32,000 nt of DNA from an uncultured Erysipelotrichaceae bacterium (lineage in GTDB: Bacteria > Bacillota_I > Bacilli_A > Erysipelotrichales > Erysipelotrichaceae), in the NCBI GenBank assembly GCA_942493105.1, contig OW818668.1, positions 390,001 through 422,000 of the forward strand, written 5' to 3'. Shown here piece by piece: positions 16,834-24,810 of this stretch (positions are counted from its first letter, which is position 1; each line of letters starts with the position of its first letter). Under the pieces are notes generated by a model, which searched no databases, was not told the origin of the DNA, and saw nothing but the letters and a program-made list of their open reading frames with translations. The position numbers were made by a program, and so were the translations under genes.

Positions 16834-19278
16834 TTAAGTCTTAAAGCGTTGGTTAACACAGAGACTGAAGATAAAGACATGGCTGCTGCTTGCGAAGACC
16901 GGGTTCAATACCGGACCTCCAAATATATAGAGGGCTCCAGCCGCTAATGGAATCCCTAAGACGTTGTAGGCAAAGGCCCAAAACAGATTCTGTTTGATGT
17001 TTCGAATCGTACTCTTGCTCAATTGAATGGCAGTAGGTACTTCCATCAAATCGCTTCTCATAAGTACGATGTCTGCAGATTCCATTGCTACATCAGTTCC
17101 AGAGCCTATGGCTATACCTACGTTGGCTTGAACAAGTGCCGGAGCATCATTGATACCATCACCAACCATCGCTACGATTCGACCTTCACTTTGAATTTTC
17201 TTAACTTCAAATGCTTTGTCTTGAGGTAATACTTCCGACAAGACGCGATCAATGCCAACCTGTTTAGCGATTGCCGCAGCAGTCTTTTTGTTGTCACCCG
17301 TGATCATGACAGTTTGAATGCCCATTTTATTGAGTTTCTGAATGGCTCGGGCACTGCTTGGTTTCACAACATCTGCAACCGCAATAATTCCGGCAAATCT
17401 ACCTTCAACCGCAATGAACATCGGAGTTTTTCCCTGATCCGCTAAATCGTCAGAGATTTTCTCAAATTCGTTAAGTTCAATGTTGTTTTCTCGGATCAGC
17501 TTCTGATTACCAAGTAATACAGAGAGTTGATTGATTTTCACTTTGATCCCATGTCCTGGAATCGCTTCAAAGGAATCAATATTTTGAAATTCCAGTATGT
17601 CTTGTTCAGCTCTTCTAACGATTGCTTGACCAAGAGGGTGTTCAGACCCCTTCTCGGCAGATGCTGCGATCTGAAGGATTAGCTCTTCAGCCAGAAATCC
17701 CGGAACAGTCACGATGTCTGTGACTGCAGGTTTACCTTCTGTAAGTGTGCCCGTTTTATCAAAGACAATCGTATTGATTTTGTGTGCTGTTTCAAGGGCT
17801 TCACCGCCTTTAATCAGGATTCCATTTTCTGCGCCTTTTCCTGTTCCAACCATGATTGCGGTCGGTGTTGCCAACCCAAGAGCACAAGGGCAAGCGATAA
17901 CCAGAATGGCAATAAAAATTGATAATGAGAAGGTCACTGTTTGGCCACTGATGAACCATGCAAGAGCAACTACGGTAGCAATAATGAAGACGATAGGAAC
18001 AAAGTATCCTGAGACGATATCAGCCAGCTGGGCAATCGGTGCTTTTGAACCTTGAGCATCTTCTACCAGTTTTATAATCTGTGCCAGCGCAGTATCTGCG
18101 CCAACTTTGGTAGCTTTGAAATGAATCATTCCGTTTGTATTGAGGCTGGCTGCATAGACAGCATCTCCGATTTTCTTTTCAACCGGCATGCTTTCACCTG
18201 TCAGCATCGATTCATCAATCGCGGTATATCCAACTGTGATTTGACCATCGACTGGGATCTTCTCACCCGGCTTGACAATAAGTACATCACCTACTTCTAC
18301 TTCTTCCACCGGGATTACAACTTCTTCTCCGTTATGGATCACAAGGGCTGTTTTGGGAGCCAAACCCATTAATTTCTTTATGGCTTCTGATGTTTTCCCT
18401 TTGGAAACTGATTCAAGATATTTACCCAACAGGATCAATGAAATAATGACCCCTGCTGTTTCGAAATACATGTTGTTTACAGCTGCAAAATCACCGATTG
18501 AGATGAGATATGTTGCGTATAAACTATAAAGGACAGCCGCTGTTGTTCCCATTGCGATCAAAGAATCCATATTGGGTGATCTATGCCAAATCGCTTTGAA
18601 TCCAACCACGTAGAATCGGTTACCGGCAATCAGCACCGGAATAACAAGCAAGATCTGTGTATAGGCAAAGACCAAAGGATATTTCATAGGATCAAGGAAT
18701 CCCGGAACAGGCAAAGATAACCATTTGATCATCGGGGCCATAGCCAAGTAAAGCAATGGAATACTGAATACTGTCGAAACAACGAACTTAATCCATAATA
18801 CTTTGATTGCTTTTTGTTTTCTTGCCTTATCTTCATCTACCTTATCCACACCAATACTTTCGAGTGGTTTGTAACCGATCTTTATAATCTCAGATTTGAT
18901 CTGAGAAAGCCGGATGATGGATGGGTCATAATGGATAGTTGCTTTTTCTGTTGCGAGATTGACGTTGGCAGATATTACCCCATCCAATTTGGAAACTGTC
19001 TTTTCTATTCTTTGAGCACACGAAGCACAAGTCATTCCTTCGATGGGCATCGTGATTTGTTTTTCAGTTTGATCAGCGTGAAGTTCATATCCCGCTTTAC
19101 TGACTGAACTTTGGATATCGACCAACTTGATTATTGAATCATCGTAACTCAATGTTAATTTTTCCGTCGCGAAGTTAACGCTCGATTCCGTAACACCAGT
19201 TAATTTTCTGGTAACTTTTTCTATCCTCTGTGCGCAAGCTGCACAAGTCATCCCTGTTATGCTAAGAGTTTGTTGCAT
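16834..19278 (-). CDS. copA: Cu(I) P1B-1 ATPase CopA with two HMA domains; its C-terminal roughly 25 codons are out of frame (possible pseudogene or sequencing error)
   Basis: MTCAACAQ and [11 protein letters not shown] motifs, [17 protein letters not shown] and GDGINDAP. The annotated tail ...[23 protein letters not shown] is non-canonical. The adjacent frame reads [25 protein letters not shown] and ends at 16812, which is the canonical CopA terminus. Confidence 0.85.
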   Translation of the reverse strand: MQQTLSITGMTCAACAQRIEKVTRKLTGVTESSVNFATEKLTLSYDDSIIKLVDIQSSVSKAGYELHADQTEKQITMPIEGMTCASCAQRIEKTVSKLDGVISANVNLATEKATIHYDPSIIRLSQIKSEIIKIGYKPLESIGVDKVDEDKARKQKAIKVLWIKFVVSTVFSIPLLYLAMAPMIKWLSLPVPGFLDPMKYPLVFAYTQILLVIPVLIAGNRFYVVGFKAIWHRSPNMDSLIAMGTTAAVLYSLYATYLISIGDFAAVNNMYFETAGVIISLILLGKYLESVSKGKTSEAIKKLMGLAPKTALVIHNGEEVVIPVEEVEVGDVLIVKPGEKIPVDGQITVGYTAIDESMLTGESMPVEKKIGDAVYAASLNTNGMIHFKATKVGADTALAQIIKLVEDAQGSKAPIAQLADIVSGYFVPIVFIIATVVALAWFISGQTVTFSLSIFIAILVIACPCALGLATPTAIMVGTGKGAENGILIKGGEALETAHKINTIVFDKTGTLTEGKPAVTDIVTVPGFLAEELILQIAASAEKGSEHPLGQAIVRRAEQDILEFQNIDSFEAIPGHGIKVKINQLSVLLGNQKLIRENNIELNEFEKISDDLADQGKTPMFIAVEGRFAGIIAVADVVKPSSARAIQKLNKMGIQTVMITGDNKKTAAAIAKQVGIDRVLSEVLPQDKAFEVKKIQSEGRIVAMVGDGINDAPALVQANVGIAIGSGTDVAMESADIVLMRSDLMEVPTAIQLSKSTIRNIKQNLFWAFAYNVLGIPLAAGALYIFGGPVLNPVFASSSHVFIFSLCVNQRFKT

Positions 19279-19372
19279 TTCAATCCCTCCTTAGTTGAAT
19301 TTGATACCTGACAGTCGTATGGTATCGGCACTTTGTGTTTTTCGCCCTAGATATAAAGGTTCTGAGCCTTTC

Positions 19373-19384
19373 TACCCTCGGGTG
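19373..19384 (-). promoter_or_regulatory. candidate CsoR operator (TACCC-tc-GGGTG)
   Basis: A GC-rich pseudo-palindrome in AT-rich DNA. It lies about 12-23 bp downstream of the P2 -10 hexamer and resembles Firmicute CsoR sites of the TACCC-N-GGGTA type. Confidence 0.45.
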
Positions 19385-19395
19385 AAGACAGTGTT

Positions 19396-19430
19396 AGTTT
19401 ACAAATTAGATATGTAGAACTTATGTAGAA
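19396..19430 (-). promoter_or_regulatory. direct-repeat activator box plus -10, promoter P2 (copA operon)
   Basis: Minus strand: TTCTACA (19430-19424), TAAG, TTCTACA (19419-19413), 11 nt, TAAACT (19401-19396). Confidence 0.7.
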
Positions 19431-19481
19431 TTATGATATGGTCGTCATTTAAAACTTCACTTTAAGTTGATTTAATCAAGT

Positions 19482-19514
19482 AAAAAGGAACCCCGTGATT
19501 ACGGAGTTCCTTTT
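19482..19514 (-). terminator. terminator of copB
   Basis: Stem aaaaggaaccccgt/acggagttcctttt (13 of 14 bp) with a 4-nt loop. A T-run follows on the minus strand, 19 nt after the stop. Confidence 0.75.
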
Positions 19515-19532
19515 AGTGTTTAGCGAGGCTTT

Positions 19533-21806
19533 TTAGTCAATCTTCAATAATCTGGCATTGATCGAGACGATGATTGTGCTGAGTGACATAAAGACGGCAC
19601 CCATTGCTGGACTAATGACGATTCCTTGGTTGATCAATATACCAGCTGCTAATGGCAGAGCAATGATATTGTATCCGGTCGCCCAAAGCAGATTCTGAAT
19701 CATCTTACGATAAGTTGCCTTGGATAGTTTCAGTATATTGACTACGTCCAACGGGTTACTCTTGACCAGGATTACATCTGCTGTTTCAATCGCAACATCA
19801 GTTCCTGCCCCGATCGCAATACCCAAATCTGCCAAAGCCAGCGATGGAGCATCATTGATGCCATCTCCGGTCATGGCAACCTTCTTGCCCGACTTGATCA
19901 AGTCTTTAATCTTGTTCGCTTTATCTTGAGGTAGAACTTCGGCGATGATTTGATCAATACCAATCTTTTTACCTACATAATTGGCAACCTTTGTGTTGTC
20001 TCCTGTCAGCATGATGGATTCAATATGCATTAACTTTAGCGTGGCTACAGCTTCAATTGCAGAGTCTCTAATGATATCCGACAACGCGATATATCCCTTT
20101 AAAGATCCATTATCAAGTACGAAGATCACCGTTTTTCCTTCAGCAGCCAATTTTTCATAATTTGTTTTATCAAAATCGATATTCTCAGAAATCATATACC
20201 CTGGACTCACAATCCTGATTTCACGTTCAGAAACTTTTGCGATAAGCCCTTTTCCAGGTAAAGCTTGGTAGTCTTTAACTTCTAGTAATTCAAGATACCT
20301 TTTCTTACCAGCTTTTACTAATCCTTTGGCAATGGGGTGTTCAGAGTTAGATTCTACTGAATAAACGAGAGTCAGCAATTCATTTTCTGAATAACCTATA
20401 GAAACAATGTCAGTGATTCCAAATTCGCCTTCAGTCAATGTTCCTGTTTTATCGAAGACCACGGCATTCAGTTTACGCGCTTCTTCAAAGGCAGCTCTGT
20501 TTCTGATTAATAAACCTTTCTTTGCTCCAATGCTGGTTGAAACAGCCGTTACTAAGGGTGTAGCCAATCCTAAAGCATGGGGGCAAGAAATGATAATAAC
20601 AGTAACAGCACGTTCGATCGCGAAACTCAGATCTTTGCCTAACATAATCCATACTGTGAATGTGGTGATACCACTGACAACAGCAATATAAAATAGCCAC
20701 TTCGCTGCCACATCGGCTAAACGTTGCGTGTTGGATTTTGATGCCTGCGCTTCTCTAACGAGCTTAATGACTTGAGATAGGAAAGTGGCTTCTCCGACAC
20801 GTGAGACAGTAAACTTTAGGACACCCTCTCCATTGATTGAACCGCCAATGATTTCGTCACCAACTGCCTTTTCTACAGGAACTGATTCCCCGGTCATCAT
20901 GGATTCATTCACTGAAGAGATACCTTCGTAAATGATGCCATCGAGTGGAATCTTTTCACCTGGTTTTACAAGCACTTTGAATCCTACCTTAAAGTGTCCA
21001 ACTGGATGATCCATGACATCACCGTTATCATGAATCATGTGGGCCACATCGGGCATGAGCTTGACTAATTCCTCTAAGGCTTTAGATGCACCCATAACAG
21101 ATTTCATTTCGATCCAATGACCGAGCAACATGATTGTGATCAGGGTTGCCAATTCCCAGAAGAAATCACCACCAGTCAGAACAAAGACAGTCAAAGCACT
21201 ATATATGTATGCAACCGAAATCGCGAGTGCAATCAACATCATCATAGCAGGCGCCTTCTTTTTCAATTCATCTAAGGCACCTATCAAGAATGGTTTTCCT
21301 CCATAGACAAATAGGATGGTGGACAGAGTAAACAGAATATAGGTATCACCAGTAAAGCGCCAGTTAACATTCATAAACATTTGAATCATTGGCGATAACA
21401 GTAAAACAGGTACGGTAATAAAAAGTGATACAAAGAAACGTCGTTTAAAATCATTAACCATCATCAAGTGATGATCATGATGATCTTCGTGGCCGACATG
21501 GTCATCATGTCCTTCATGATCTTTTGAACCATGATCCATTTTACTGTGATCCATGGAGTTGTGAGCCATCTTGTTGTGATCCATCATGTCGTGATCTGTT
21601 TTACTATGGTCCATGGAGTCGTGAGCCATCTTGTTGTGATCCAGCATGTCGTGATCCGTTTTACTGTGGGTCATAACATGATGTTCTCCCACACCAGTTT
21701 CAGGTTTGGTTCCATGTTCATGGTTATTCATTTTACTATGATCTTTTTCGCGATTTTTAAAATTTTCTTTGTAATGATTATCAACATCTATTTTCTTATC
21801 ATTCAT
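19533..21806 (-). CDS. copB: CopB-type (P1B-3, CPH motif) copper ATPase with a His/Asp/Met-rich repetitive N-terminus
   Basis: [26 protein letters not shown] and a C-terminal [15 protein letters not shown]. About 110 N-terminal residues are rich in H, D and M. Confidence 0.9.
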   Translation of the reverse strand: MNDKKIDVDNHYKENFKNREKDHSKMNNHEHGTKPETGVGEHHVMTHSKTDHDMLDHNKMAHDSMDHSKTDHDMMDHNKMAHNSMDHSKMDHGSKDHEGHDDHVGHEDHHDHHLMMVNDFKRRFFVSLFITVPVLLLSPMIQMFMNVNWRFTGDTYILFTLSTILFVYGGKPFLIGALDELKKKAPAMMMLIALAISVAYIYSALTVFVLTGGDFFWELATLITIMLLGHWIEMKSVMGASKALEELVKLMPDVAHMIHDNGDVMDHPVGHFKVGFKVLVKPGEKIPLDGIIYEGISSVNESMMTGESVPVEKAVGDEIIGGSINGEGVLKFTVSRVGEATFLSQVIKLVREAQASKSNTQRLADVAAKWLFYIAVVSGITTFTVWIMLGKDLSFAIERAVTVIIISCPHALGLATPLVTAVSTSIGAKKGLLIRNRAAFEEARKLNAVVFDKTGTLTEGEFGITDIVSIGYSENELLTLVYSVESNSEHPIAKGLVKAGKKRYLELLEVKDYQALPGKGLIAKVSEREIRIVSPGYMISENIDFDKTNYEKLAAEGKTVIFVLDNGSLKGYIALSDIIRDSAIEAVATLKLMHIESIMLTGDNTKVANYVGKKIGIDQIIAEVLPQDKANKIKDLIKSGKKVAMTGDGINDAPSLALADLGIAIGAGTDVAIETADVILVKSNPLDVVNILKLSKATYRKMIQNLLWATGYNIIALPLAAGILINQGIVISPAMGAVFMSLSTIIVSINARLLKID
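21516..21668 (-). repeat. in-frame 60-bp tandem repeat (2 full copies plus a partial) inside the copB 5' region
   Basis: Encodes [20 protein letters not shown] / [20 protein letters not shown] / [11 protein letters not shown]. The DNA copies at about 21609-21668 and 21549-21608 differ at only a few positions. Confidence 0.85.
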
Positions 21807-21851
21807 TTTGTGTCCTTCTTTCTTGACGATGACTTTTGCTTCATTAACTTA

Positions 21852-21886
21852 ATCATAACACCATTCTGTGTATGAGATATGTAGAG
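21852..21886 (-). promoter_or_regulatory. direct-repeat activator box plus -10, promoter P3 (copB)
   Basis: Minus strand: CTCTACA (21886-21880), TATC, TCATACA (21875-21869), 11 nt, TATGAT (21857-21852). Confidence 0.6.
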
Positions 21887-21960
21887 TGTTAGCCTTATCA
21901 ATTAGGAAAAGATGTCAAAGTATGCGTTTTTGCCATTTTCTCGTCTAAAGTACTATGCTC

Positions 21961-21998
21961 AAAAAAAGCAATGAGACTGCATTTTCAGCCTCATTGCT
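21961..21998 (-). terminator. terminator of the second SHOCT gene
   Basis: 9-bp stem agcaatgag/ctcattgct plus inner ctg/cag pairing. On the minus strand it is followed by T7. Confidence 0.75.
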
Positions 21999-22014
21999 TC
22001 ATTACGATTATGTA

Positions 22015-22275
22015 TTAAACTAAGTCTTTCATATACTGTTCATATTGCTCTTTTGTAATCTCGCCTTTGGCATAACGACTCTTTATGATATCAATTGCTG
22101 ATCTACTGGAGTTCACTTCATAAACTCTTTCATGGTCATGTGCAGTTCCATGAGACATTCTTACAACTCCAAGAACAATCAACACAATAACGATGATGCA
22201 AATAAATCCGCCAAACCACATAAAGCCACCCATCATTCCATATCCCCATCCAAAATTTCCAAATCCGCCCATCAT
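22015..22275 (-). CDS. small Gly/Met/Trp-rich membrane protein with a SHOCT domain (86 aa)
   Basis: Start reassigned to MMGGFGNFGWGYGMMGG... at 22275, with a GAGGAAAG SD 8 nt upstream. The ORF-track extension to 22371 overlaps the P4 -10. One TM helix and a C-terminal IIKSRYAKGEITKEQYEQYMKDL (SHOCT). Confidence 0.7.
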   Translation of the reverse strand: MMGGFGNFGWGYGMMGGFMWFGGFICIIVIVLIVLGVVRMSHGTAHDHERVYEVNSSRSAIDIIKSRYAKGEITKEQYEQYMKDLV

Positions 22276-22366
22276 GATGCTTTCCTCTGACGATGTGATT
22301 CGTATAAACGAAATCTCTTCATCGCCGTTACTTTCTTTTTGAACACAAGAACGTGTTTCTAAAAAC

Positions 22367-22401
22367 ATCATATCAACAATATGTTACGAAAGTGTGTAGA
22401 A
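22367..22401 (-). promoter_or_regulatory. direct-repeat activator box plus -10, promoter P4 (SHOCT-2)
   Basis: Minus strand: TTCTACA (22401-22395), CACT, TTCGTAA (22390-22384), 11 nt, TATGAT (22372-22367). Confidence 0.5.
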
Positions 22402-22645
22402 GCATCCTTCTCAGTTAATTCTATTGTTATACGTTTACTACCTACGGTCTCGGTTCATGCTGCTGGAGATCTGGTGTTCCTCAAGATAGCGATAATGAGC
22501 TTTACTGCTGTACTGACAGCTGCTTTAACTGTGAAGCTTTTAACTTTCCTGGGGTTTGCGATGAGTCAAGGTGATATCTAGCGCTCTAATCGTCAGTTGA
22601 CCGTTGGGTTTCTTGCTTAAGGCATAGCTCTATGCAAAATCCATC

Positions 22646-23623
22646 TCATAAATGGGATTTAATATACTTAATAACTTTATCCATTTTGGCAAGACTCTCC
22701 TCATCAACAAGTAAATTGCAGTCAATGTCTGATCTTAACTTTTTCATCGACCTCAATGCACTTTCTCTGATCTTCAGTTGAGTTATCTTACCTGCACTGT
22801 TTAAACGCACATCAGTCGTTCTAGGTGGGTATTTTTTTCTCGGCGGTGCAACAATAGATTTGAAATTTGCCTTGGTTTTTTCATTGATATACTTCGTATT
22901 TCGATTTTTGGATGAACAATGAAAATACGTATCCTCTTCCATTTGCCTGGCGATATCGTAGAAATCCGATTTACTAAATGACAGCATTAGATTTATCATT
23001 GCCAGATTCAGATACCCAAGTCTGAATTGAGTGGTAAGATAATGATCAAAATCACGGGCAATCCTAATGAGGATATAAGCTTGTTTATCTCCGATATGCA
23101 ATGTATCAGCGAGGATCTCATTCGTCCTTCTTTGATGGACTGAAGGAATCTTCTTGTCTCGCATGACTTCGATTGCAGAAGTAATATACCGTGATTCAAC
23201 GAATTTTTGAAATATCGTTTTTTCTCTATCTTTTTCATTGTCAGAAATAATATACAAAACACTTTCCTCATAACTTAAAATCCTAAAGTAAAAACTCCTA
23301 ACCGATCTGAACTTTTCCAAACCTCTTTTTTCTACAAGGAATTTCAAAGCCTCGCATCTTCTATGCCCCTCCACAATCAAAAATCGTTTATCGTTTTTTG
23401 GATTTACTATGATCGAGATTGGGACTATGAGACCATACTCTTCGATATCATCTGCCAAAGAGCGAATTTGCCTTTGGTAGTCTTCTGAATTCAGTTCCAT
23501 GTCGTTATTTGGATGCGGATCAAAGCTATAGATATCTTCAATACCAAATAAACTTTTAGGTTCTTTAAAAATGTTATTTTGAGTATTCGAATTTGGCATC
23601 CCTTTGGCAACATGATCCTCCAT
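22646..23623 (-). CDS. ParB/Srx-fold N-terminal domain protein with a central HTH (KorB/ParB-like)
   Basis: IEDIYSFDPHPNN...LADDIEEYGLIVPISII...FLIVEGHRRCEALKFL matches the ParB N-domain pattern (GxRRxxA box). Start taken at the second ATG (23623), which has an AGGGAG SD. No parA was seen. Confidence 0.7.
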   Translation of the reverse strand: MEDHVAKGMPNSNTQNNIFKEPKSLFGIEDIYSFDPHPNNDMELNSEDYQRQIRSLADDIEEYGLIVPISIIVNPKNDKRFLIVEGHRRCEALKFLVEKRGLEKFRSVRSFYFRILSYEESVLYIISDNEKDREKTIFQKFVESRYITSAIEVMRDKKIPSVHQRRTNEILADTLHIGDKQAYILIRIARDFDHYLTTQFRLGYLNLAMINLMLSFSKSDFYDIARQMEEDTYFHCSSKNRNTKYINEKTKANFKSIVAPPRKKYPPRTTDVRLNSAGKITQLKIRESALRSMKKLRSDIDCNLLVDEESLAKMDKVIKYIKSHL

Positions 23624-23662
23624 TGGAGATTCTCCCTTCATAAAGAAAAGGAAATGACTTCC

Positions 23663-24160
23663 TTATCTTTCTATATCCAGTGATCTTGTCTTTGTAAGAT
23701 CAAGCATCAATCCAATATCTTCTGCTTTATAAATAACATCAAGACAACATGGAAGTGTTTCCATTACTTTGTCATAATCTACTAAAGCAATATCCATGGC
23801 ATACTTTGCAAGATGGCGATCCTCTTCATCGAAATCCTCTAAAACAAGATGGTAATCCATCTCCAGTAATTGTCTACTCGCAACTAAGAAAGCCTTTATT
23901 TCTTTACTGGATCCGGGGAAGAGTTTTAGGATCAGATCGTCCAATGACAACGGATTAGAGCGCAGTGAATCAAGATCACTCTCTAAAAGCACATAGGATG
24001 TTAGATATTCAGCAGCGAGAAAGAACGGATCGATCGATTCTCTTAATGATCTTTCAGTGTATTCAATTGGATGGTATATCTTCAATAGACTTGAGAAGTT
24101 TTTGATGTGTTCTTCATTCCCAAAGAAAGCATATTCGTCAAGAAATAACAGTTCGTTCAT
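23663..24160 (-). CDS. strongly acidic hypothetical protein (165 aa)
   Basis: AAGGAG SD. By my count it has 34 D/E versus 16 K/R. No recognisable motif. Confidence 0.6.
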   Translation of the reverse strand: MNELLFLDEYAFFGNEEHIKNFSSLLKIYHPIEYTERSLRESIDPFFLAAEYLTSYVLLESDLDSLRSNPLSLDDLILKLFPGSSKEIKAFLVASRQLLEMDYHLVLEDFDEEDRHLAKYAMDIALVDYDKVMETLPCCLDVIYKAEDIGLMLDLTKTRSLDIER

Positions 24161-24171
24161 TTTGTGCTCCT

Positions 24172-24408
24172 TTACAATCCGTAACGAGAAACATTGATAT
24201 TCATAAACTCAATAAAGTATTCGGTCGGTATTCGATAATGATCAAACCAACCATACTTGTCCTTACTCCGCTTGTATAGATCAGCCATTACCGGCTTTGC
24301 GCGTCTAAACCCGATTCCATGGAATTTTTCCAGTTCGTGATAACCAATGTAACGACCCAAGAGGATCTCTCTCGCTTCTGCATTACTGCAGGGTGTACAG
24401 CGGCTCAT
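24172..24408 (-). CDS. small hypothetical protein (78 aa), possibly DNA-binding
   Basis: Start placed at MSRCTPCSN..., where its ATG overlaps the upstream gene's TGA in an ATGA coupling motif (24405-24408). The ORF-track start at 24450 lacks an SD. Confidence 0.5.
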   Translation of the reverse strand: MSRCTPCSNAEAREILLGRYIGYHELEKFHGIGFRRAKPVMADLYKRSKDKYGWFDHYRIPTEYFIEFMNINVSRYGL

Positions 24409-24662
24409 AATTGGTTCTCTGACGAAAGAATATACTTCGACATCGGACATTCAGCACAGTACTGTTTTGCCAAACAAGTGCTATGGTATTCCTTGGCAAT
24501 CAACGCCGCATCGAAATTGTTTGGAATCAATTTCCCATTTTCAATATTGGATAATTTCTTGTCATTCATATGCATAACACTCGCAGCCTCCTTGTAGTCT
24601 GAGTATCTGCTATTGATTTGCGAATAGCTCTTTCGAGCTAAATAAAAGCAGTTGGTATTCAT
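24405..24662 (-). CDS. XRE/Cro-like helix-turn-helix regulator (85 aa)
   Basis: YKEAASVMHMNDKKLSNIENGKLIPNNFDAALIAKEY fits the HTH_3 pattern (...lS.iE.Gk..P...). GGAGG SD lies 7 nt upstream. Confidence 0.6.
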   Translation of the reverse strand: MNTNCFYLARKSYSQINSRYSDYKEAASVMHMNDKKLSNIENGKLIPNNFDAALIAKEYHSTCLAKQYCAECPMSKYILSSENQL

Positions 24663-24731
24663 GATTTGTCCTCCGGCGCCTCTATCATATCACAGTCCTT
24701 GATCAATATGAAGAATTATTTCAGATTTCTA

Positions 24732-24795
24732 TTGACATTACACAATATATAGTGTATTATATTAAGTTATATTTAATTACACTAAATATTGTGTA
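24732..24795. promoter_or_regulatory. two 22-bp palindromic operator-like sites plus a near-consensus promoter on the + strand
   Basis: ATTACAC-N8-GTGTATT occurs at 24737-24758 and 24776-24797 (19/22 identical). On the + strand: TTGACA (24732-24737), 17 nt, TATTAT (24755-24760). The first palindrome fills the promoter spacer. Confidence 0.6.
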
Positions 24796-24810
24796 TTGCC
24801 ATTGTTTTCA

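Noticed and set aside
16812-19278. Programmed ribosomal frameshifting in copA, as in E. coli CopA(Z).
   Set aside because: The known event occurs after the first HMA domain at a slippery heptamer. Here the shift is in the last TM helix, in a GCA-repeat context with no slippery site, and the shifted product would lack essential residues.
22381-22581. 66-aa plus-strand ORF in the somewhat GC-richer spacer between the ParB-like gene and P4. The spacer has loosely repeated gcttt(t)aact units.
   Set aside because: It has no SD, and it overlaps the P4 box. Minus-strand frames give only short fragments that I cannot identify, and the repeats are too short and irregular to call iterons or parS.
24405-24450. 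A possible third frameshift joining ORFs 24405-24662 and 24172-24450. A fusion would create a CxxC...CxxC arrangement.
   Set aside because: The upstream TGA overlaps an in-frame ATG of the downstream ORF (ATGA at 24405-24408). This is classic translational coupling, so two separate genes with a shorter downstream start is the simpler reading.
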